64,000 nt of DNA from Trypanosoma brucei (GCA_000002445.1 AL929603.2:448001-512000), one strand, 5' to 3'; shown: positions 14,197-22,271, counted from the stretch's first letter. The notes: generated from the letters alone by a model not told the origin. Numbers and translations: made by a program.

Positions 14197-14853
14197 GAGC
14201 TAGGTAAGATTGTGAATCTGTTTATAGTGGAAGAGAAGTGTAGAAGGAGTATTATTGAAGATACTGAGTTTTGTATGCGTAATATTTTCTCCGACGTTTT
14301 TAATTTCTTAGTTGAAACTTTTTATTTAGAAAGTGATATGGTGGTTTCATCTCTGGGTTCTAAGAGTGAGTCTCCATGCCTCCATGTTGCTAGTGATTTG
14401 TTTGTTTTTTCTAATGGAGTGAAATCTTTTTTGCCCTCTGACTTTCCTGATTTTGACAATGGTGGTTTTTGCTTTTATTCTGAGTCTTTTGATGTTTCTT
14501 CTTGTAATGTATGTTTTGGCAATCCTTTGGATGATGCTGACTATTCTCGTGGGGGTTCAATGGGGATGCGCGGTGATGCTGTTGATGGTGAAGTGTGCGT
14601 TGATGAGGTATCTATGGATACCATGGTTTATTGTGATTCTGTATGCACCGTTAATGTTGAAGAGGAAGGAGGGGTTGGAGAGGATGCGGTCCCTTTTTGT
14701 CGGCAACCCGTTCCTGTAATGTTGCAAAAGTCGAAAAAGAGGGTCCATGGTGGTCAGTTGGGTAGGGATTCTGATGATGAAGATGCCGCTGAATCTTATC
14801 ATGGATGGTGGACCTTTCTTTCTGTTCCATTCTTCAAAACACACCGTAGGTAA
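1..14853 (+). CDS. Giant acidic tandem-repeat protein, 5'-partial. The reading frame is already open at position 1. About 115 copies of a 41-aa unit (MDEAPCAPEDF[L/I]AEESQQHTARSEADIDEEQQPQEQQTE[T/A]I) are followed by a unique 219-aa C-terminal domain and a stop at 14851-14853.
   Basis: ATG codons recur every 123 nt (88, 211, ... 14110), and frame +1 has no stop from nt 1 to 14853. The repeat translation is identical apart from a few variant positions. The gene must continue upstream of the window. Confidence 0.85.
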   Translation, partial: AEESQQHTARSEADIDEEQQPQEQQTETIMDEAPCAPEDFLAEESQQHTARSEADIDEEQQPQEQQTETIMDEAPCAPEDFLAEESQQHTARSEADIDEEQQPQEQQTEAIMDEAPCAPEDFLAEESQQHTARSEADIDEEQQPQEQQTETIMDEAPCAPEDFLAEESQQHTARSEADIDEEQQPQEQQTETIMDEAPCAPEDFLAEESQQHTARSEADIDEEQQPQEQQTETIMDEAPCAPEDFLAEESQQHTARSEADIDVEQQPQEQQTETIMDEAPCAPEDFLAEESQQHTARSEADIDEEQQPQEQQTETIMDEAPCAPEDFLAEESQQHTARSEADIDEEQQPQEQQTETIMDEAPCAPEDFLAEESQQHTARSEADIDEEQQPQEQQTETIMDEAPCAPEDFLAEESQQHTARSEADIDEEQQPQEQQTETIMDEAPCAPEDFLAEESQQHTARSEADIDEEQQPQEQQTETIMDEAPCAPEDFLAEESQQHTARSEADIDEEQQPQEQQTETIMDEAPCAPEDFLAEESQQHTARSEADIDEEQQPQEQQTETIMDEAPCAPEDFLAEESQQHTARSEADIDEEQQPQEQQTEAIMDEAPCAPEDFLAEESQQHTARSEAGIDEEQQPQEQQTETIMDEAPCAPEDFLAEESQQHTARSEADIDEEQQPQEQQTETIMDEAPCAPEDFLAEESQQHTARSEADIDEEQQPQEQQTETIMDEAPCAPEDFLAEESQQHTARSEADIDEEQQPQEQQTEAIMDEAPCAPEDFLAEESQQHTARSEADIDEEQQPQEQQTEAIMDEAPCAPEDFLAEESQQHTARSEADIDEEQQPQEQQTEAIMDEAPCAPEDFLAEESQQHTARSEADIDEEQQPQEQQTETIMDEAPCAPEDFLAEESQQHTARSEADIDEEQQPQEQQTETIMDEAPCAPEDFLAEESQQHTARSEADIDEEQQPQEQQTETIMDEAPCAPEDFLAEESQQHTARSEADIDEEQQPQEQQTETIMDEAPCAPEDFIAEESQQHTARSEADIDEEQQPQEQQTEAIMDEAPCAPEDFIAEESQQHTARSEADIDEEQQPQEQQTETIMDEAPCAPEDFIAEESQQHTARSEADIDEEQQPQEQQTETIMDEAPCAPEDFLAEESQQHTARSEADIDEEQQPQEQQTETIMDEAPCAPEDFLAEESQQHTARSEADIDEEQQPQEQQTETIMDEAPCAPEDFLAEESQQHTARSEADIDEEQQPQEQQTETIMDEAPCAPEDFLAEESQQHTARSEADIDEEQQPQEQQTETIMDEAPCAPEDFLAEESQQHTARSEADIDVEQQPQEQQTETIMDEAPCAPEDFLAEESQQHTARSEADIDEEQQPQEQQTETIMDEAPCAPEDFLAEESQQHTARSEADIDEEQQPQEQQTETIMDEAPCAPEDFLAEESQQHTARSEADIDEEQQPQEQQTETIMDEAPCAPEDFLAEESQQHTARSEADIDEEQQPQEQQTETIMDEAPCAPEDFLAEESQQHTARSEADIDEEQQPQEQQTETIMDEAPCAPEDFIAEESQQHTARSEADIDEEQQPQEQQTETIMDEAPCAPEDFIAEESQQHTARSEADIDEEQQPQEQQTETIMDEAPCAPEDFLAEESQQHTARSEADIDEEQQPQEQQTETIMDEAPCAPEDFLAEESQQHTARSEADIDEEQQPQEQQTETIMDEAPCAPEDFLAEESQQHTARSEADIDEEQQPQEQQTETIMDEAPCAPEDFLAEESQQHTARSEADIDEEQQPQEQQTETIMDEAPCAPEDFLAEESQQHTARSEADIDEEQQPQEQQTETIMDEAPCAPEDFLAEESQQHTARSEADIDEEQQPQEQQTEAIMDEAPCAPEDFLAEESQQHTARSEADIDEEQQPQEQQTEAIMDEAPCAPEDFLAEESQQHTARSEADIDEEQQPQEQQTEAIMDEAPCAPEDFLAEESQQHTARSEADIDEEQQPQEQQTETIMDEAPCAPEDFLAEESQQHTARSEADIDEEQQPQEQQTETIMDEAPCAPEDFLAEESQQHTARSEADIDEEQQPQEQQTETIMDEAPCAPEDFLAEESQQHTARSEADIDEEQQPQEQQTETIMDEAPCAPEDFLAEESQQHTARSEADIDEEQQPQEQQTETIMDEAPCAPEDFLAEESQQHTARSEADIDEEQQPQEQQTETIMDEAPCAPEDFLAEESQQHTARSEADIDEEQQPQEQQTETIMDEAPCAPEDFLAEESQQHTARSEADIDEEQQPQEQQTETIMDEAPCAPEDFLAEESQQHTARSEADIDEEQQPQEQQTETIMDEAPCAPEDFLAEESQQHTARSEADIDEEQQPQEQQTEPIMDEAPCAPEDFLAEESQQHTARSEADIDEEQQPQEQQTEAIMDEAPCAPEDFLAEESQQHTARSEADIDEEQQPQEQQTEAIMDEAPCAPEDFLAEESQQHTARSEADIDEEQQPQEQQTEAIMDEAPCAPEDFLAEESQQHTARSEADIDEEQQPQEQQTETIMDEAPCAPEDFLAEESQQHTARSEADIDEEQQPQEQQTETIMDEAPCAPEDFLAEESQQHTARSEADIDEEQQPQEQQTETIMDEAPCAPEDFLAEESQQHTARSEADIDEEQQPQEQQTEAIMDEAPCAPEDFIAEESQQHTARSEADIDEEQQPQEQQTETIMDEAPCAPEDFLAEESQQHTARSEADIDEEQQPQEQQTETIMDEAPCAPEDFLAEESQQHTARSEADIDVEQQPQEQQTETIMDEAPCAPEDFLAEESQQHTARSEADIDEEQQPQEQQTETIMDEAPCAPEDFLAEESQQHTARSEADIDEEQQPQEQQTETIMDEAPCAPEDFLAEESQQHTARSEADIDEEQQPQEQQTETIMDEAPCAPEDFLAEESQQHTARSEADIDEEQQPQEQQTETIMDEAPCAPEDFLAEESQQHTARSEADIDEEQQPQEQQTETIMDEAPCAPEDFLAEESQQHTARSEADIDEEQQPQEQQTETIMDEAPCAPEDFLAEESQQHTARSEADIDEEQQPQEQQTETIMDEAPCAPEDFLAEESQQHTARSEADIDEEQQPQEQQTEAIMDEAPCAPEDFLAEESQQHTARSEADIDEEQQPQEQQTEAIMDEAPCAPEDFLAEESQQHTARSEADIDEEQQPQEQQTEAIMDEAPCAPEDFIAEESQQHTARSEADIDEEQQPQEQQTETIMDEAPCAPEDFIAEESQQHTARSEADIDEEQQPQEQQTETIMDEAPCAPEDFLAEESQQHTARSEADIDEEQQPQEQQTETIMDEAPCAPEDFLAEESQQHTARSEADIDEEQQPQEQQTETIMDEAPCAPEDFLAEESQQHTARSEADIDEEQQPQEQQTETIMDEAPCAPEDFLAEESQQHTARSEADIDEEQQPQEQQTETIMDEAPCAPEDFLAEESQQHTARSEADIDEEQQPQEQQTETIMDEAPCAPEDFLAEESQQHTARSEADIDEEQQPQEQQTETIMDEAPCAPEDFLAEESQQHTARSEADIDEEQQPQEQQTETIMDEAPCAPEDFLAEESQQHTARSEADIDEEQQPQEQQTETIMDEAPCAPEDFLAEESQQHTARSEADIDEEQQPQEQQTETIMDEAPCAPEDFLAEESQQHTARSEADIDEEQQPQEQQTETIMDEAPCAPEDFLAEESQQHTARSEADIDEEQQPQEQQTETIMDEAPCAPEDFIAEESQQHTARSEADIDEEQQPQEQQTETIMDEAPCAPEDFIAEESQQHTARSEADIDEEQQPQEQQTETIMDEAPCAPEDFIAEESQQHTARSEADIDEEQQPQEQQTETIMDEAPCAPEDFIAEESQQHTARSEADIDEEQQPQEQQTETIMDEAPCAPEDFIAEESQQHTARSEADIDEEQQPQEQQTEAIMDEAPCAPEDFIAEESQQHTARSEADIDEEQQPQEQQTEAIMDEAPCAPEDFLAEESQQHTARSEADIDEEQQPQEQQTETIMDEAPCAPEDFLAEESQQHTARSEADIDEEQQPQEQQTETIMDEAPCAPEDFIAEESQQHTARSEADIDEEQQPQEQQTETIMDEAPCAPEDFLAEESQQHTARSEADIDEEQQPQEQQTETIMDEAPCAPEDFLAEESQQHTARSEADIDEEQQPQEQQTETIMDEAPCAPEDFLAEESQQHTARSEADIDEEQQPQEQQTETIMDEAPCAPEDFLAEESQQHTARSEADIDEEQQPQEQQTEAIMDEAPCAPEDFLAEESQQHTARSEADIDEEQQPQEQQTEAIMDEAPCAPEDFLAEESQQHTARSEADIDEEQQPQEQQTETIMDEAPCAPEDFLAEESQQHTARSEADIDEEQQPQEQQTEAIMDEAPCAPEDFLAEESQQHTARSEADIDEEQQPQEQQTETIMDEAPCAPEDFLAEESQQHTARSEADIDEEQQPQEQQTETIMDEAPCAPEDFIAEESQQHTARSEADIDEEQQPQEQQTETIMDEAPCAPEDFIAEESQQHTARSEADIDEEQQPQEQQTETIMDEAPCAPEDFLAEESQQHTARSEADIDEEQQPQEQQTETIMDEAPCAPEDFLAEESQQHTARSEADIDEEQQPQEQQTETIMDEAPCAPEDFLAEESQQHTARSEADIDEEQQPQEQQTETIMDEAPCAPEDFLAEESQQHTARSEADIDEEQQPQEQQTETIMDEAPCAPEDFLAEESQQHTARSEADIDDELGKIVNLFIVEEKCRRSIIEDTEFCMRNIFSDVFNFLVETFYLESDMVVSSLGSKSESPCLHVASDLFVFSNGVKSFLPSDFPDFDNGGFCFYSESFDVSSCNVCFGNPLDDADYSRGGSMGMRGDAVDGEVCVDEVSMDTMVYCDSVCTVNVEEEGGVGEDAVPFCRQPVPVMLQKSKKRVHGGQLGRDSDDEDAAESYHGWWTFLSVPFFKTHRR

Positions 14854-14985
14854 TTTGTAGTGCATACATGGGGAAATTCCCGGTGCAACGTTCTGTGTTT
14901 GAAGTCTTTTTGTTTCTTTTGATTTTGCAACAGAACGGCGGCGTTCTTTAGGAATTTTACTAACTTCTATGTTCATTATTTTTCG

Positions 14986-14988
<3 letters not shown>

Positions 14989-15026
<38 letters not shown>
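14989..15026. repeat. (TA)n microsatellite, about 19 copies, in the 3' flank of the repeat-protein gene.
   Basis: Seen directly in the sequence. Confidence 0.95.
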
Positions 15027-15028
<2 letters not shown>

Positions 15029-15473
15029 TTTTTCCTTAAAAATTTGCTTTACTTTTGATTGTACGTGTATGTGTATCTGTACCTCTCGTTCTACTTTTGT
15101 TTTTGTGTGATGACGTTCGGTTCGATGTTACTACATGGAATACACCAATAACGACGTCAATTACTGTCGACCTTTTTTGTTTTGTGTTTTCCCATTTACC
15201 TGCGAGGTGTATCCACGTACAGCTGTGTACACATGCACCTTGTATTCTTCAATTGCCTTTATAGTTGGTCATCATTCTCTTTTTTGTATTAGCTATCAAA
15301 TTTTCTGTGTCTTGGATGAGGCGATATCATTAGGCGGCACCGACGCTGCGTAAAGACTTTGCGCCTCCTCACTGTTTATTTGTTTCATTTTCTTTTCCTT
15401 TTTTTTTTTGGTTATGTCCCCTCTAACAGGACTAACTTGTTAGCCTTCGTTTGAACGCAGAAGTAGAGGTTGA

Positions 15474-16886
15474 ATGGAGCTCAATCTTACACAACTTCCA
15501 CTTGTTCATATCACATTTTGCGGCCGCCCAGCGGTTTCCATTGGGGTCGTCAATTTGGTTGGTCTATTTGGCAGCACGGACTATGTGCTCCTTCAGCGGA
15601 TCGGTAGTCAGGGTCAAACCGCGCTTCGCAAAGGGGATGGAGGAGGCAGGCATTCAAAAGATTCAAGGGATAGTAGCTTGGACTCATTGGAAATTGAGAA
15701 TCGTGTGCGGAGTTCAAATATGAAGCTTTGCCGAAATACAGGCCTTCCAGTAGGATGCTACAACGTCGTAGAGGGCGGAATTTATGACGTGGTACGCTAT
15801 AGCGACCTTCGTAAGGGGAAGGTTAAGGGTATGGATTTCGCCACGCTCAATAGACATAGTGATGGCCGACCCAAAACGCGCCGGGGGTGCAGAAGTCGAA
15901 GGAAACGACGCAGGGATGGCACTGTTGAAAACGCTGCACAGAGTACACCAAGCGATACAGTCTCTTCATCATTTAAACAACCTAGCACTCCCGTACCTAC
16001 GGACCCCAGCGGTACCTCCGGGGGAACAAACGGAGTTTCTCAGCGTGCGAAGGTGGTGCGTGCCGCGCAGCCGTCGGAGAGGAAAGCACACCAGAAGGCA
16101 ACAAAGGTGTCACAAACGTCTAAACAAACTGGGGGTAAAGAAGCGCCAGCTGTCGATGAAAAGAACTCCAACGGCACCAAGGTGGAAAGAACACGGACCA
16201 CTAAACCAAGGGCGCCGGGAATACCCAAAGAGAGACCGCCACGTGTCGGTAAAGAAAAGGTTCAGCAACTGAAGCCTGTAGCGGAAGCCGCCCCGCAGCA
16301 CGCACCGAGCAGATCACCGTCTCCTAGGCAGGCGAATAGTAACTTTGCCGCGGTGGTTTTAACGGCGTCGGATCTGCGGTCGTGTGACCTTGGCAGCAGT
16401 TTGTCAAATGTTTCGGTGTGCACGGACAAGGCAGAAACGCAGATGACACCAACGACGGGTCCGGTAACAACTTCAATGCAACTAAATAAGTCCAAACACG
16501 TCCCCAGCAGCACGGGTCGTACAGCTGCCCAGGACAACGGAGCAAAGAAAACACCCCAAGTGGCAACTCCTGTGGGCGAAAGTGCCAATGCGAAGAAGCA
16601 ACAGGATGTGGTGGATGTGGACAATGCGCTGTTGGTTGGACATGGTTCCTCAAGTAACGGTAAGAAAGAAGGTGGGAGTACAGGTTTAGCAAACGTTAGA
16701 ACGGATCATTCCCGAGATGTGGTGGACCGTCGGGCGGCTGCAGCGCCTTCGAATTCCATCGTTGAGTGCCCTTGTGCTCCCGATGCCGCAAGTCCGGAGC
16801 TGGGTTTCGTTACGGTCGAGAGTGCCTTATCCCGTGACTTTAGTTTAGGATCATCTCTTGCCTCATCTGCAGACTCGGTGTATTAA
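15474..16886 (+). CDS. Hypothetical protein of 470 aa, basic and rich in S/T/P/K, predicted to be disordered.
   Basis: A long ORF on the same strand as its neighbours, with GC-rich coding-like composition against AT-rich flanks. I recognised no motif, and the start codon is uncertain. Confidence 0.5.
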   Translation: MELNLTQLPLVHITFCGRPAVSIGVVNLVGLFGSTDYVLLQRIGSQGQTALRKGDGGGRHSKDSRDSSLDSLEIENRVRSSNMKLCRNTGLPVGCYNVVEGGIYDVVRYSDLRKGKVKGMDFATLNRHSDGRPKTRRGCRSRRKRRRDGTVENAAQSTPSDTVSSSFKQPSTPVPTDPSGTSGGTNGVSQRAKVVRAAQPSERKAHQKATKVSQTSKQTGGKEAPAVDEKNSNGTKVERTRTTKPRAPGIPKERPPRVGKEKVQQLKPVAEAAPQHAPSRSPSPRQANSNFAAVVLTASDLRSCDLGSSLSNVSVCTDKAETQMTPTTGPVTTSMQLNKSKHVPSSTGRTAAQDNGAKKTPQVATPVGESANAKKQQDVVDVDNALLVGHGSSSNGKKEGGSTGLANVRTDHSRDVVDRRAAAAPSNSIVECPCAPDAASPELGFVTVESALSRDFSLGSSLASSADSVY

Positions 16887-18322
16887 AAAAAAGAAAAATA
16901 TACATATATAGAAAAATCTCTTGGTACTTGTCTGAATGTGGGAGTGGTTAAATTGTGAAAAATAAAGCGAATAAAAAGGAAGGAGCGTTCGATGGAACGA
17001 GCATGAGGCTTGAGAAACAAAAATTTCTTTGAGCACACGATTATTATATATTATTGTTCAGAATAATTTTATTTAGTGAGGGAAAGAATGAAATAGGGAG
17101 GAGAAACGACTCCAGTAGCCGTGTGAGAATTTGCTTCACTATTGCAAAGGTGAAAGCATTGACCGAAACAAATGTTTGGAATTGGAAGAAGAGAGCGTGA
17201 GATGCGATAACAAAGATCTAAAAACTGTTGACGCTGATGTTGGTGGTGGTGGTGGTGATGATGATAAGGTACCGAGGGAGCAAACAGGCAAACACACTCA
17301 GTAAAATGAAGGGAAGGAATTTAAAAAAAAAAAAAGCGAGCCGTTGACACAAAAATTTAAATGGTGTGGTTACACTGGACAACTGAACAAATCATGGAGA
17401 GGAAAGGGCATGCGAGAGTGAAGTTTGTGTGCTTCCCTAACTTCATTCTTCTTATATTGTTCCCTTTTTTGCTTCTCGTTTTCACATTGTTGGGAGACCT
17501 TTTTTTTTTGTTTTATTGCTATGTACAGTCTCTCACTCCTTCTCCCCTTATATTCAACTTTTTTTCTCGTTTTTTTTTCTTTTTGCTGTTTGATAAGCTG
17601 TTTCATTCTCCTCAACGGGATATTTTTTTGTACCCGCTTACTGTTTTTTTTTCTCTTTTCTTTTCCTTTGTTGAAGTTGCTGTTTGTTTGCCCCACATAT
17701 GTTTTTTTTTTTTTACCCTGGTGGACTGCGAAGAGCAGATGCGGCAATTTATCTTTTATTTACCCCACTTCAGCAGCATCACTTTTCTTTCCCTGAAGTA
17801 ATGGTTACAATCTGTTTTGTTTTTTTTTTAACAATATCATTATTGTTATCGGTGGTGTTTTCTCTATTACTCATAAATCTCAAAGCATTTGCCTGCGTGT
17901 TGTCCGCGGCTCCCGCTTTTCTTCGTCAGCCCCCTCATCATTGATATATTTTCGGTTTGTTGTGGTTGTTTTCTCTTTCTTTCTTTTTTTTTTTTGATGT
18001 TGATGTTGATGTTGATGGCGGAGTTGGTTTTCTTTGGGAGCCGCTTTTCAATTCATATTTGTCCTTATGGTTACTTTGCCGCTTCACTGGGACCGGCAAA
18101 GAGGTGACAAACGAATGTAATGACAGATCCTTCATTTCATTTCGTTTTGTTTATTTTATTTTCGGTAGAGGTGGAAATCATTTCTCTTTTCGTGTCTGCT
18201 TATGTGCGCCGTTGTTGGTGTTAGTGTTTTTGTTCATTTTTTCCCCCTTTGGCGGTGTGTTGAGTGCAAACATACAAATGCAATGGGCCATGCATTCACT
18301 TCAATCTTCATGCTTCAGTAGC

Positions 18323-18326
<4 letters not shown>

Positions 18327-18362
<36 letters not shown>

Positions 18363-18376
18363 ATATATATATATAT
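18327..18376. repeat. (TA)n microsatellite. Similar (TA)n runs occur at 31220-31252, 35658-35681, 40974-40999, 52894-52917 and 63030-63049.
   Basis: Seen directly in the sequence. Confidence 0.9.
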
Positions 18377-18840
18377 GTTTTTTTTTTGTATGTGTGTCTG
18401 TGCTCTAGCCCCTTCACTCTCAAACTTATGTAGGCATTCAATTGCCGCACTGTGGTGGAAACAAAATTTACCATTCGCGTTTTCTTTCTTCTTCTGTTGT
18501 TAGTATTTGTTGCCTTTTTTTTTCTCTTTTACTAAGGTAGAATTTTTTTTTCATAAAATAATAAAAGGAACTACTAATAACGGGGTTCCAATCCTTTTCG
18601 GCCAGCTTTAACGACACTTCTGCATAAGGGGAGGAGGGGGGAAGTTATTTTTTAAAAAAAAAGTAAAGAAGTTGTGGAATTCAAGTGCGCTGGTATCAAA
18701 TACATAAGTCACGTGATTGCGTCCAAAGAAAACCAGTGAAGCTGGATTTATTAACGTCAGACACTTCCAAACAAAAAAAACAAATAAGATTTAGTATAAG
18801 GTTACACATATTTTGTTGTTGATTTACATATATAGTTGAC

Positions 18841-18912
18841 TTGTTTGCTTTATTTTGTTCTATTTTATTCTATTTTTTTTTTTTCGTACGTTGTTGTGAG
18901 GGACCTACCAGG
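18841..18912 (+). promoter_or_regulatory. Polypyrimidine tract plus AG, the likely trans-splice acceptor region of the glutaredoxin gene. The ORF track translates it as a spurious N-terminal extension.
   Basis: The run tttgttctattttattctatttttttttttttcgtacg precedes an AG. The translated 'MFALFCSILFYFFFFVR' is a poly-Y artefact. Confidence 0.6.
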
Positions 18913-19236
18913 ATGAATAACGCATTGGATCCGGCAAAGGCACCACAATTTCTTGATATGATGTTGCGCCGCAATAAAATGGTAATGGTGTCCGCCACGT
19001 ATTGTCAGTTCTGCACAAAACTGAAGATGTTACTGATTGAACTCAAACACCGTTTCGTTTCACTTGAAATTGATATTATTCCCAACGGTCGTGAAGTGTT
19101 TGCAGAAGTGGTGGGACGCACGGGTGTACATACGGTGCCTCAAGTTTTTCTTAATGGGAAGTATTTTGGCGGTTATGATGAACTTGTTGCAATGTACCGG
19201 GCAGGGCACCTTTCAGCCGAAATTGAAAGGGGCTGA
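18913..19236 (+). CDS. 2-C-Grx2: Dithiol (2-Cys) glutaredoxin of 107 aa with a C-Q-F-C active site.
   Basis: The glutaredoxin fold motifs are present: 'MVMVSATYCQFCTKLK' (active site) and 'TVPQVFLNGKYFGGYDELVAMYRAGHL'. A CQFC active site is the one described for T. brucei 2-C-Grx2. The internal ATG at 18913 is the plausible start. Confidence 0.85.
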   Translation: MNNALDPAKAPQFLDMMLRRNKMVMVSATYCQFCTKLKMLLIELKHRFVSLEIDIIPNGREVFAEVVGRTGVHTVPQVFLNGKYFGGYDELVAMYRAGHLSAEIERG

Positions 19237-19768
19237 AGAGGTAATTATTGTTTATGTATTGTGAGCATAGGCGTAACGAAATATATATTTATGTGTATGT
19301 TCACTTCGATGGAGCGTACAGCTGTAATGTTTAATTGTCTCATTTTGAGACGGGCAGTGGTCATTTGGCTTTTTGCTGTTGTTGTTATTGTTGTTGTTTT
19401 TTTTTCTTATGTTTTTTTTTGTTTCTTCTGTCACCACTTTCTTTCTTTCTTTCTTTCTTTCATCGTTCCATAGAAATTTGAACGATGATGTGGAAAGGGA
19501 GGATTGTGTGGAGAAAATGAGGCACACGAACATGGAAGTTTGTTAATAGGTATTCATACTCACACATGTATTTGTATGGCGTGCACATCTCGCTGATTCT
19601 CTGTTTTGGTTTTATTTGTTGTTGTATGCTGCTCGGCAGGGGAAGGGAGAAAAAAGAAAAACAAAGAGCAGAAACATTTTGGTTGTCCTGTTGGTCGCAT
19701 TATTCGATGCATGTGTGTGTGTGTGTGTGTGTGTGGTCTTCCGTCTCCCCTCACTTCCTCACGCATGC

Positions 19769-19770
<2 letters not shown>

Positions 19771-19858
<88 letters not shown>
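19771..19858. repeat. (ATT)n microsatellite, about 29 copies. It sits next to (GT)n at 19711-19735 and (CTTT)n at 19439-19460.
   Basis: Seen directly in the sequence. Confidence 0.95.
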
Positions 19859-20159
19859 GGTGCACCTGTGTGTTATTTGTCATGTGCATTTATTATCTTC
19901 GATCCGTCCACTATTATTTCCTTTCTCGTTTTGCGTTATTTGTACACTAAAAGTTGCTATTGCTCTAGCAATTGTGTATTAATTAATTTATTTATTTATT
20001 CGGCTACTGATATCATCATTGCATTCTTACTTCATCCCCCTAATTCTGCTTGTCAGGTGTGCATCCAAACGTTTACTTAGAGACAAGCGAGTCAAATACT
20101 GGCATTTATATTTATATATTTATATATTTATATATATTCTGATTTGACTGACAGAGCCC

Positions 20160-20879
20160 TTGAAATTACACGGACTACCTCCTACGGCCAACTCGATGGG
20201 AATTTATTCCGACACTGATGATGACTCTCCCATCGGGATTGAGGTGGTAGGCGAGGCGAGTTCTGATTCGGAAGAACCAAACCCCCATTCAACCACAAAG
20301 CGAAAAGTTTCCGGGGCTGTAGACCATAATAATGGTTATAATCAAAAAAAAAACAAGCGGAGGCGGTTAAAAAATAAATGGGAGGAAAACCCTCAGCTGC
20401 ACGAAACGCCGGATGAGGAGCAAATTAGCAACGTTAAAAAGCGTGTTTATGTGTTGGACACATGTTCTATTGTTGAGCACATTGAGTGGTCAATTTTGGA
20501 GGAAGTTGCCAAGTATTACTTGATTATCATACCAAAGAAAGTGATGGACGAATTAGGAAAAATGGAAGGGGGAAGGGGAAGTACATGCAACAGGGTGTTG
20601 AACAAACTGGAGAATGAGCACACGAGTAACAAAATGAATGTTGGCTTCCGTTTGCAGCGCAAAAATGATAAGGACAAAAATGTTTTGTCTGCAGCTCGTG
20701 TGAATGACGATCACATTCTTTCGTGTGCATGTTCCTTCCGTAACGAACATGATGTCGTATTAGTTACGAGTGATAATATATTGAAACTGAAGGCATATGC
20801 AGAGGGCATACCGACAGTATCGACGCTCAAAGACGTCACCCGACTGACTAATGGTTTAAGAGGTGGGAAATTTGAATGA
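20160..20879 (+). CDS. PIN-domain protein of 239 aa, a predicted Mg-dependent RNase fold.
   Basis: The PIN motifs appear in order: 'VYVLDTCSIV', 'KVMDELGKM', 'NDDHILSCA', 'VVLVTSDNILKLKA'. The N-terminal part is acidic and S/D-rich. The start could instead be the second Met at 20196. Confidence 0.65.
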   Translation: MKLHGLPPTANSMGIYSDTDDDSPIGIEVVGEASSDSEEPNPHSTTKRKVSGAVDHNNGYNQKKNKRRRLKNKWEENPQLHETPDEEQISNVKKRVYVLDTCSIVEHIEWSILEEVAKYYLIIIPKKVMDELGKMEGGRGSTCNRVLNKLENEHTSNKMNVGFRLQRKNDKDKNVLSAARVNDDHILSCACSFRNEHDVVLVTSDNILKLKAYAEGIPTVSTLKDVTRLTNGLRGGKFE

Positions 20880-21692
20880 GAATGTTCCCAGTTATCCCTT
20901 TATTCGTTTGCATTAAACCCTTTCGCGCTTGTTTGACTGTTTGGCTACGGTTTTTTTAGGAGGGAAGAGGGGCTCGCCTAAAGGAAAAAAGATATGAAAA
21001 GAAAAAAAAAGGAAAGAAAGAGAGAAGAAAGAGTAGGGGCGGAAGCGAGGAGGAGTTTACCCGCAACCTCCACGAGTGCGCATGCACATGAGGGAAAAGA
21101 GAAATGTGCGTGTGAAGCTCACGTCACCGCTTGTTTTTTTTTCTTTTCTCAGTCACAACTTCCTCCGTTGTATGCTTGTACACGCATACATTTATTTGCT
21201 CATTTATTGAATTACTTCATGCTTTCGACACTTCAACCTCCCACCTCCTCCCACTTATCACGGAATGCAAAAAAAAAAAAAGAAAGAAACGCCTTTGTTG
21301 TGATGGTGAGTGGCGTACCTCAACATCTTCCCTTCCCTTCTCTTCTCTTCTCGTGCTGTGTCGTGTCGTGTCTCGCTGTTTCTCTTCTTATTGTTGTGAT
21401 TGGCATTTATATGTATGTATATTTATAAATATATATATATATATGTTTGTGTGTGTCTCTGTGATATCATCATCTCTTCACCGCAGTCGCCGTTATTTCT
21501 TCGTTTTGCTTTCTGCTATCACCGCGCAAATTCAGATGCGTGGTAATTACAGTTTTTAGTGACATAACCTCGTTGGCTTTAAAAAGAACAGATAAACCAA
21601 GTGAAAAACGAAAGGCAACGTCACTAAAAAGGAAAGCTTAATTACATCCCGGGTGCTAATTAGGTTTTTTCCTATGCATTTACATGGGTATG

Positions 21693-21727
21693 TGAGTGAG
21701 TGAGTGAGTGAGTGAGTGAGTGAGTGA
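21693..21727. repeat. (GTGA)n microsatellite, about 9 copies.
   Basis: Seen directly in the sequence. Confidence 0.9.
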
Positions 21728-22271
21728 CAGGGAATAAAAGATTGTTGAACTCAACTGAAAAACACACATCGAAATATTCTCCAACTCTCTTTACAGTTCT
21801 CTTACTGCTCCCCGCTCGTGTGGAAATATATAATGTCTCACATAAAGGCAGAGAAATTTTTAACAAACAAATTAATTTGTTTAGTTTTCTGCTTTTATGA
21901 TTTGAAAACGAAAAAAAGATCTTTATGGAAACTACACGGCCAAGTAGTCGGTTGTTCTTCTCTTTGCCTTTTGTGTATTTGCTCACACGGTTTTTGCATC
22001 TGAACATTCTGATCTCACATCACCGAATAATTGTTACACAATTTTTTTCTCTCCCCTTCCGCCTCTCTTTCTTGCGACTGGTTCCTCGCTTCTTTTTTTT
22101 TGTTTGTTTGTTCGCTTAGTTAGCGCCCACAAGTGAAGGAGGGCGAGTTGTGGGCCTGTAAGTGGTACTTTAGATTGCACGTCGGTAGTTGCTTCTGATC
22201 TGCGTATTGCAACTTTCGTGTTGTAAAATAGATTGCGGTAGTACTAGCAGTGGGTTTTTGCCCTGTGCGCG

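Noticed and set aside
14453-14976. ORF 14453-14719 (+) and ORF 14557-14976 (-), both overlapping the C-terminal domain of the giant gene.
   Set aside because: They are alternative-frame or antisense readings of a region already covered by the long stop-free frame +1. They are short with no motif.
15110-15130. tRNA T-loop-like 'GGTTCGATG'.
   Set aside because: No acceptor or anticodon stem complementarity in the flanking 70 nt. It is an isolated motif.
17361-18433. Overlapping ORFs of 120-160 aa at 17361-17801, 17425-17796 and 17957-18433, translating as poly-F/L/S.
   Set aside because: They lie entirely within poly-T/CT low-complexity intergenic sequence. The translations are poly-pyrimidine artefacts with no coding periodicity.
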